54,128 bases of DNA from Euglena gracilis (Eukaryota). A model generated the notes under the pieces. It saw only the letters and a program-made list of their open reading frames with translations, had not been told where the DNA came from and did no database searches. This document shows positions 47,614 to 54,128 of the stretch, piece by piece; within the stretch, counting starts at the first letter, position 1, and every line of letters starts with the position of its first letter. The position numbers were made by a program, and so were the translations under genes. The DNA lies in NCBI GenBank assembly GCA_039621445.1, contig CP154954.1, positions 30,942,395 to 30,996,522 of the forward strand, given 5' to 3'.

Positions 47614-50600
47614 TGGTAGCAGAGGAGGGTTTGAGCCCTCTGGGCTCACACTATGTGAGCCTGGGGAGCCACTCCCCAATTATGAATCACAGGAGGAGGA
47701 CGAGGACGAAGCAAGCCACAGCCATGACAGCCCCAGCAATTACGGCCAGGCCCAGCAGCTCCTGGCCATCGCCGGGCATGCCCAGCCGGACCCCCAGCAA
47801 CCTGAACCATCTGGGTGGGGCATGGCATTGCCCAGCAGCCTGGGACTGCTCTCCGGCATGCCCAGCTTGGTCATGCCAGGGTTTGTGCATGACATGACCA
47901 GGCAGGTCATGTGGCAATTTGCAATGCGAGGGAAGATCAAAGAAGAAGAGGAAGAACCAGCAGAAGAAGAAGACGAAGAAGAATTTGCAAGCCATGCCCA
48001 GCCCCTTCTATTGGAGGCGGGGCCCTGGCAGAACCCTGGGGATGCCGGGCCGGCACATGCGCCGGTGGGCCATGTCGGGTCTGGGCATTTCCCAGCCGGA
48101 CCAGACCATTGCTCGCTGGTGCATGCCGGTCCCGGGCATGATGGGCCCCAAGGACATGCCCCAGACCCAGCCACCCAGTGGCAGCTGCAGGAGCTGCCCC
48201 CAGCAGGGGATTTGATGGAGGACGAGGACCAGACAGCCCAGGGGGGGTTGGTGCCAGAACAGAGCGCGAAGGGGAGGCACCCCGCGCACCCCGCACAGAG
48301 GCTGTGGGAGGAGGCGGAGGCACAGGCCGCTGCCTCGGTGGTTCTGGGGCAGGAGATCCAGCGGTTGGACGGTTGGGTTGGCGACCTGCAAAGTCGGCTT
48401 GCTGAAGCGGGGGCCACCACAGCTGCTTCAGTTAGCCGCCTGGAGCAGTTGGTGTCCCTGCAGTTTCAGCGGGTCACGGAAAACTTTCAAGGAGTGGTGG
48501 AGCAAATGGAAAGAACCCAGGCTGGGCTAGCGTCCCAGCTGGCTGAAAATTTTCAAAGGCTGCAGCAGGGGCAAAGGGAAAATTTTGCTGGGGGAATGAC
48601 AGCCCTCAGCGAGCTGGTGACCAGCCGGCTGAGCGAAGGCCTCGGGACGGTGGCCCAACTAGCCCAGCGGGTCCAGGGGCTCGAGGCCATCGCCAGCCGG
48701 GGTCACCAGCCAGCTGAAGGGCAGGGGTTTAACGAGGCGATGGCTGGGCGGGTTAAAAATTTTGAGGAGCTGCTCATCACCTCCGTCCGGACAACGGAGG
48801 AGGTGATGAGGAGCCAGGAGCTGGCCAGCGGGCGGCAGCAGGCCCAGGCCGAGGCCCTGGACCAAAAATTAAACCAGCTGACGGGTGAACTCGGGGGGCT
48901 GCGAGAAAGAAATGCAGGGATTGCACAGGCCCTGCAAAATTTTCGAGCAGAGCTGGATGGACAGGCCACAGCCATCGCTGAACAACAAGGGACCATAAGG
49001 GAAGACATAAGGGAGCTAAGGGCCAGGGCTGAGGGGCAGGGCCACAGCCTGCATGAGCTGTGGGCCGAGGTCACCACCCACGGGCAGGTGATCCAGGCCC
49101 ACAACGCCCTGCTCATGGAGGTGGACTCAACAATAAGGGGGACACCAAAAGAAAACGCCGAAATAAAAAATCGGCTCTTCGTTCTGGAAAACGAAATCGA
49201 GAATTTTGGAAAATTTTGCCCCCCCCATCCAGGAGCTACCAGGGCCACCCAGAGGAGCGGGGCCGGAGAGCGAGGACCCCCGAGGCCCTGAAGCCAGAGT
49301 GCCCCCGGCAACCACAGACCCCCAGACACAGACCATGCCGGGGGCCCAGATGTCCAATGGCTCGGGTGCCGCGGGGGGCAATATGCCTCCTGGCCCCCAG
49401 CAACAGCTACCAGCCCATCCCAGTCTGTTGGGAGGCAAGGGGCCTGTGGCCCCCCAGGGGCTCTCTGCTGGCCCCAGCAGCCGGGCAGCGGAGACAGCAG
49501 CCCAAACACCCGGGGAAGTGGTATCCCCGGGCCCAGCTTCTGTGACTGCAGTTTTTCCCAGTGGGTTCTCGGGTTCTGGCCCCCAGAGGGGCAGGAGTGT
49601 TGTCCCTGGTTCTTCGGCAGAGGGGAATGCAGCACCCCCAGCCAGCGGGGGCCCTTCGGCACCAAGGGGCAGCCAGCCCCAGGGTCCCATGGCTGCGGGG
49701 GGCAGCCAGCCCCAGGGCCCCATGGCTGCGGGGGGCAGCCAGCCCCAGGGTCCCATGGCTGCGGGGGGCAGTCCGGTCCAGGTCCCCGCTGCTGGAGGGA
49801 CCCCAGCTGCCCAAACACCTGGCACGTTCGGGTTCCAGGGGGTGGATTGGGAGGAAGCGGAACGCCAGATTAAGGCTCACGGATTTTTTAATTTTTTGGC
49901 CAGGTTGGGAGCCCAGGAGCAGCAGCAACAGTCTCAGCAAAATTCACGAACAACGGGACAGTCCAGCACAGCGAAACCACAGGCAGCAGGCACAGCAGAT
50001 CTACAGGGCCAGGGCAGGGGTCAACCAGGGGTGAAAGCAGCCGAGCACCAGTGGCCCCCCCAGCCCCGTGGGTTCCCCGCAGGAGGGGAGTTCACGGGGG
50101 CAATGGACCCTTTCGCCTGGGCCCCTGAGGCTGGGGCAGCATCGTGCAGCGCTGCCCCTCTGGCCTTTGGGTCCCAGGACACGGGAGCCTGGGTCCGGGG
50201 GGTCCAGGCAGCTCCGGTCCACGTGGCGCCAGCAGCCCCCAGCCCAGCAGCCAGCATGTTTTTGGGGCCGCTGGCGACACTCCTCACCAAAGACCTTGTA
50301 AAACCAGAGCTGAAAGGGGATTTTCATGATTTTTCAGTAAAATTTCAGCTTTACATGCAGCAGGTTTCCATGGGACAGCCAGTGGGGGAGGAATTTAAAA
50401 TGCTTGTTCTGACCGGCTGCCTGGACCACAGCAGCCGGCTGGAACTCCAGCGGCGACAGGAGATGGGGGAACGGGTCAGGTTCCAGGATTTCTGGAACTG
50501 GCTGGCCCAGAAATACGGCGGTGACATCCAGGCCTCGCTGCATGAGCAGCTCAGGGCCCTCAGGCCGGCAAACGGGCAAATTAACCCTCCCAGCGTGGCG

Positions 50601-51597
50601 TGAATATGAAAGTCAGTTTAAATTAATTTTCTGCCGGATGGAAAACCCCTCTGAGGAGGAAGCACAGGCCCTGGTTTTGCAACAGCTCCCAGATTCCATG
50701 CGAAGGGCCATAATCAGGGAACAGACACGAAAAAATCAGGATGCGCCCACAGTGCGGCTGTGGCACATCCCTGGGTTGACGGTGGAAAAGGCAACACAAC
50801 TCGCCCAGGAGGCTGTGGGGGAAGGGGAGCCGGTGACAGTCAGGGCACACCGGGACTCCTTCCTCATCAAGCTCTACAGCCGGCGGGCGCTGGAGAGGCT
50901 GATGATGAGGAACGGGGCCACGCTGCAGGGGGGCAATACAGTGAAAATCACCCCCCACGAAACAAAGCTGGGACTGGAGGAGGTTTTTCGACATGCTGAA
51001 AATGAGCTGCGGTGCCAGGAACGGTCTGACAGCTATGGCCGTTCTTGGGGTGGACGGGGGGTCCCAGCCCACCAGGAGGACCACTGGGCTGGGGGCCTCG
51101 ACAATTTTTCAGTCTCTGAGGTAAAATCCCAGGAAGCCAGGCCAGCCCAGCCCCAGAAAACGGTTTCACAGCCAGCTGAGGGAGGAGCAAAGGCAGGACC
51201 CCCCAAAGGCCCTGAGGGGCCACAGGACAGGCAATCACGGCACCGGGGCGGGTCACCTGGAAAGGGACGGGAGGGACGCAGGTCACCCAGCCCGGGGCAA
51301 AAGGGAAAGGGGTTCGGCAAGGGGGCTGGCAAGGGCGGCCCGGATTTTCGCCCAGCCAGGTCCCCAACCCCTCACCCAGCCACCAACAGGGAACAAACCC
51401 CCCCGAGGAGCCCACGGAGTGGCCCCTCGGTGGACCAGCCCTGCAGCCAGTGCGGGGCCACAGATCACTGGTCTCGGGAATGCCCTGGAAAGAAGTGTTA
51501 TGATTGCGGGAAAACGGGACATCTGGCACGACAGTGCTGGTGGAGAAGGGGAAAGGGGAAGGGGACTTCCACGCCACCACGGCGGGGGAGTGCCTGA
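47531..51597 (+). CDS. gag: Very large Gag (~1300 aa) split by two +1 shifts (~49205, ~50577); start uncertain (47531 or 47822)
   Basis: Long coiled-coil region (48300-49200), capsid-like helices (FHDFSVKFQLY...FQDFWNWLAQKYG...WREYESQF...LPDSMRRAI), zinc knuckles CSQCGATDHWSREC (51442) and CYDCGKTGHLARQC (51496). Confidence 0.8.
47614..47632 (+). promoter_or_regulatory. Primer-binding site, initiator tRNA-Met
   Basis: TGGTAGCAGAGGAGGGTTT vs TGGTAGCAGAGGATGGTTT (complement of the AGCAGAG-type tRNAiMet 3' end), 18/19 match. Confidence 0.88.
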
Positions 51598-52027
51598 AAA
51601 TGCGGGGGCCAGAAGGGAGGGGACGGGGGCCCAGGGTGCCCCCAGCACGGCCCTCGGAAGGAGGGTGAGGAAAGGGTTCACGGAGAGGGTTGGGTTTTGG
51701 TCAAGGGAAGGTCCAAAGGCAGATCCGGACCTGGACCTGCACGGTCCCCCCAGCCCCCCCTGACTGAGACACGAAAAGGGGCTGGGGGGGGCCAGCAGGC
51801 CCTCCCATTCGACTCTGCCAACCCCTGGTCTGCGCTTTTCACCAGTGAGGGCAGTCCAGGGGGGGGCTCGGGTCAGAATTCAGGCACGGGACAAAAGGAG
51901 AAGGGACACAAGGCGGCTGGCCCTCCGCAGCAAGCCGCCCAGGGGTCTTCGGGTTCCAGCACACCCGGTCTACCGCAGATCACAACACCAGGAAGGGAGG
52001 GGAAAAACCCAACAAACAAAAAAATGA

Positions 52028-54108
52028 AAAAGAAAAAACAAAACGCTCTCACAGGCATCAATCAGGGAGGCAGCGAGGGAGGTCATCAACGTTCCCCAAA
52101 CCAGCAAGGGCACGGATGAAACCGCCCCCAGCACGGAAAGGGATTCAGGGTTTTCGATTCGCCAGGTGAGGTGCGTCAGGGCCGCACCTTCCACCTCAGC
52201 CCCCACACCACAGCCAGCCCCAGCACCACTCCCAGCCCGTTCCTCAGGGTTTGGGAGGTCGCCCTCCCGGTGGATCTCCCAGGACTACCACGTCCGGGAG
52301 GAGTACGTCAGGGACGTACTCCGCCGCCTGGGGGTCCAGCCGGAGGTCGACGCCTTTTCTGCCAAAGAAAACCGCAGGTTCGTCCGCTGGTGGGGGCCAG
52401 GGAGCAGGGAGGGAGAAGATGCCTTCAAGCAGGACTGGGGCAGGGAGGTTTTGTGGATCAACCCACCTTATAAAAAAATACAGGAGGTTCTCGAAAAAAT
52501 CAGGAGGGATCAGGCCCATGCCATCCTGGTGATCCCCAGGTGGCCAGGCCGGCGTTGGTACAGGGAGGCCAGGGGCTTGGCAGTGCGCCAAGTCACGTTC
52601 CCTCAGGGAACACGATTTTTCGGCAGAGGGGAGGAGTTGTGCCGGGGGACCAAGTGGCCCATCACAGCCTTTTTGCTGTGCGGGCACCCAGACCGGTGCA
52701 CGCTGGAGGAGGTGACACGAAGGGGGAGGGAGAAAAAAACCAGGTTCGGGACACATTTTTCAGGGCCACCCCCAGGGACCGGGGGGGCCACAGGGGAGGT
52801 CAAGCCGGCACACCTGGGGCAGGTGGGGAGAGCGGACCAGCCCAGGCGGATGCTGGACCTGTTCTGCGGGACAGGTTCAGTGGGGGACGTCTACCGCAGC
52901 CTGGGTTACCAGGTTACGTTGGTGGACGTGGTCCCCAGGTGGCGGCCAGACATTTGTGTTGACGTTCTGAAATGCAATTTTAAAAAACAGTTCCAGCCTG
53001 GGGATTTTGAGGTGGTGGTGTGCGGGGTCCCCTGCACCGAATTCAGCCTGGCCCTGACCACCAGGGAACGGGATTTAAAATTGGCTGATCGGCTGGTGCA
53101 GCGGGCCCTGGCGATCATCAGGTACCTCTGCCCACAGCGGTGGTGGCTGGAAAACCCCCGGTACGGGTACCTGCGGACCCGCAGGTACATGGCAGGGATC
53201 CCACACGTGGACGTGGATTACTGCCAGTATGCAGACTGGGGCTACCAGAAGCCCACCAGGATATGGGGCAGCCCCCATGTCCTGGGTCTCCGGCCACGGG
53301 TGTGTGACGGCCGGACCTGCACCAACCTGGAAAGCCCAGTACCTGAGGGGGGACGAAAGGGACGGCACAAAATTCGGCTCAGCAGCAAACACCAAAACCT
53401 GCCCAGGCACCTGAAATATCGGATCCCAGAGGCGCTCATCCGTGACCTGGCCACAGCACCGGCACCGGAGGCCCACGCTGCCGGGTCTCCGGAGCCAGAG
53501 CGGGACCCCCAGACAGAACGAGGGGTGCCCTCGGTCTTGCTCCGTGAGGTGGGGCAGGGTGCCAGTGAACGGCAGCTGCTGATGCGGGTGCAGGCCAGGG
53601 GGCCAGACGGACAGACCCACTTCATCAACGCCCTCATTGACACAGGGGCAGAGGTGAACCTGGTCCGAAGAGGCATGCTACCCAGCACATACCTCCTGCC
53701 TGCCCCCAAGCCCCTGTCCCTGGTGACGGCTAGTGGAGCCAATATGGAAGGGGGGGAACGTGAGGCAACCCTGGGCCTGGTCCTCCGGCAGGAGGGGGGC
53801 CTGGGTCAGGGGGAAGGGGCCCTGTGGACGGCCCCAGCCTCCTTCTATGAGGCAGAAATCCACGTGGAGGCCATCATCGGCTTTCCGTGGCTGGAAGAAA
53901 ACCAGCTCGGGGTGTTTCCACATCTCCGAGCCTTGGCATTGAGGGGAGAGCAGGTGGTCCTCCTTCGGGGACATGATGCGGAGGGTGAGCAAGTTCAGCC
54001 AGCAGCCCACAAAAAGGCACAAAAGCGAGTGAGATACCTGAAAATGGTGGAAAAAGTCAGAGCACTGCGGCTTGCTTTGCCAGAGGCGGCCCTGGGGGAG
54101 GACACCGA
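52028..54108 (+). CDS. pol: pol N-terminus: Dam-like N6-adenine MTase + C5-cytosine MTase + aspartic protease, open to the N gap
   Basis: Hand-translated with no stop from 52028 to 54108. Dam: QDY, VDAFSA (52349), DAFKQDW, WINPPY (52460), LVIPRW...WY. C5: MLDLFCGTG (52850), GVPCTEFS (53030), WLENP (53150), DYCQY..QKPTRIW, YRIPEALI. Protease: ALIDTGA (53639), AIIGFPWL. Confidence 0.92.
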
Positions 54109-54122
54109 NNNNNNNNNNNNNN
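54109..54122. other. Assembly gap
   Basis: 14 N bases. Confidence 1.
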
Positions 54123-54128
54123 CTCGTG

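Larger units (their letters stand above)
46953..54108 (+). mobile_element. LTR retrotransposon (probably Ty3/gypsy-like) with dual DNA methyltransferases; 3' half beyond the gap
   Basis: LTR, PBS, Gag with CCHC x2, Dam, C5-MTase and protease in order. Confidence 0.9.

Noticed and set aside
52033-52039. AAAAAAC as a -1 slippery site
   Set aside because: Wrong phase; joining the upstream open frame to pol requires +1.

Overview
Eukaryotic window made almost entirely of nested transposable elements; I found no clear host gene. It is most likely from a euglenid, based on a 25/26-nt match to the Euglena spliced leader at 17075-17099 (-) and TTAGGG-type tracts. Retroelements: three CRE-clade non-LTR fragments, a structurally complete DIRS1-type element (ITRs, ICR, RT-RNaseH-Dam, tyrosine recombinase), a decayed relative of it, and a Ty3/gypsy integrase relic. 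DNA elements and repeats: several hAT-, Tc1/mariner- and Mutator-like non-autonomous elements defined by TIR plus TSD, a ~5 kb 71/88-bp satellite inside one Mutator-like element, and a ~4 kb tandem duplication. Main finding: an LTR retrotransposon at 46953-54108 (5' LTR, tRNAiMet PBS, very large Gag with two CCHC knuckles). Its pol frame is missing from the ORF track because it runs into an N gap. That single frame encodes an N6-adenine (Dam-like) methyltransferase, then a C5-cytosine methyltransferase, then the aspartic protease. A second, spliced-leader-tagged element also encodes a Dam-like domain. All calls come from reading motifs by eye; no searches were run.
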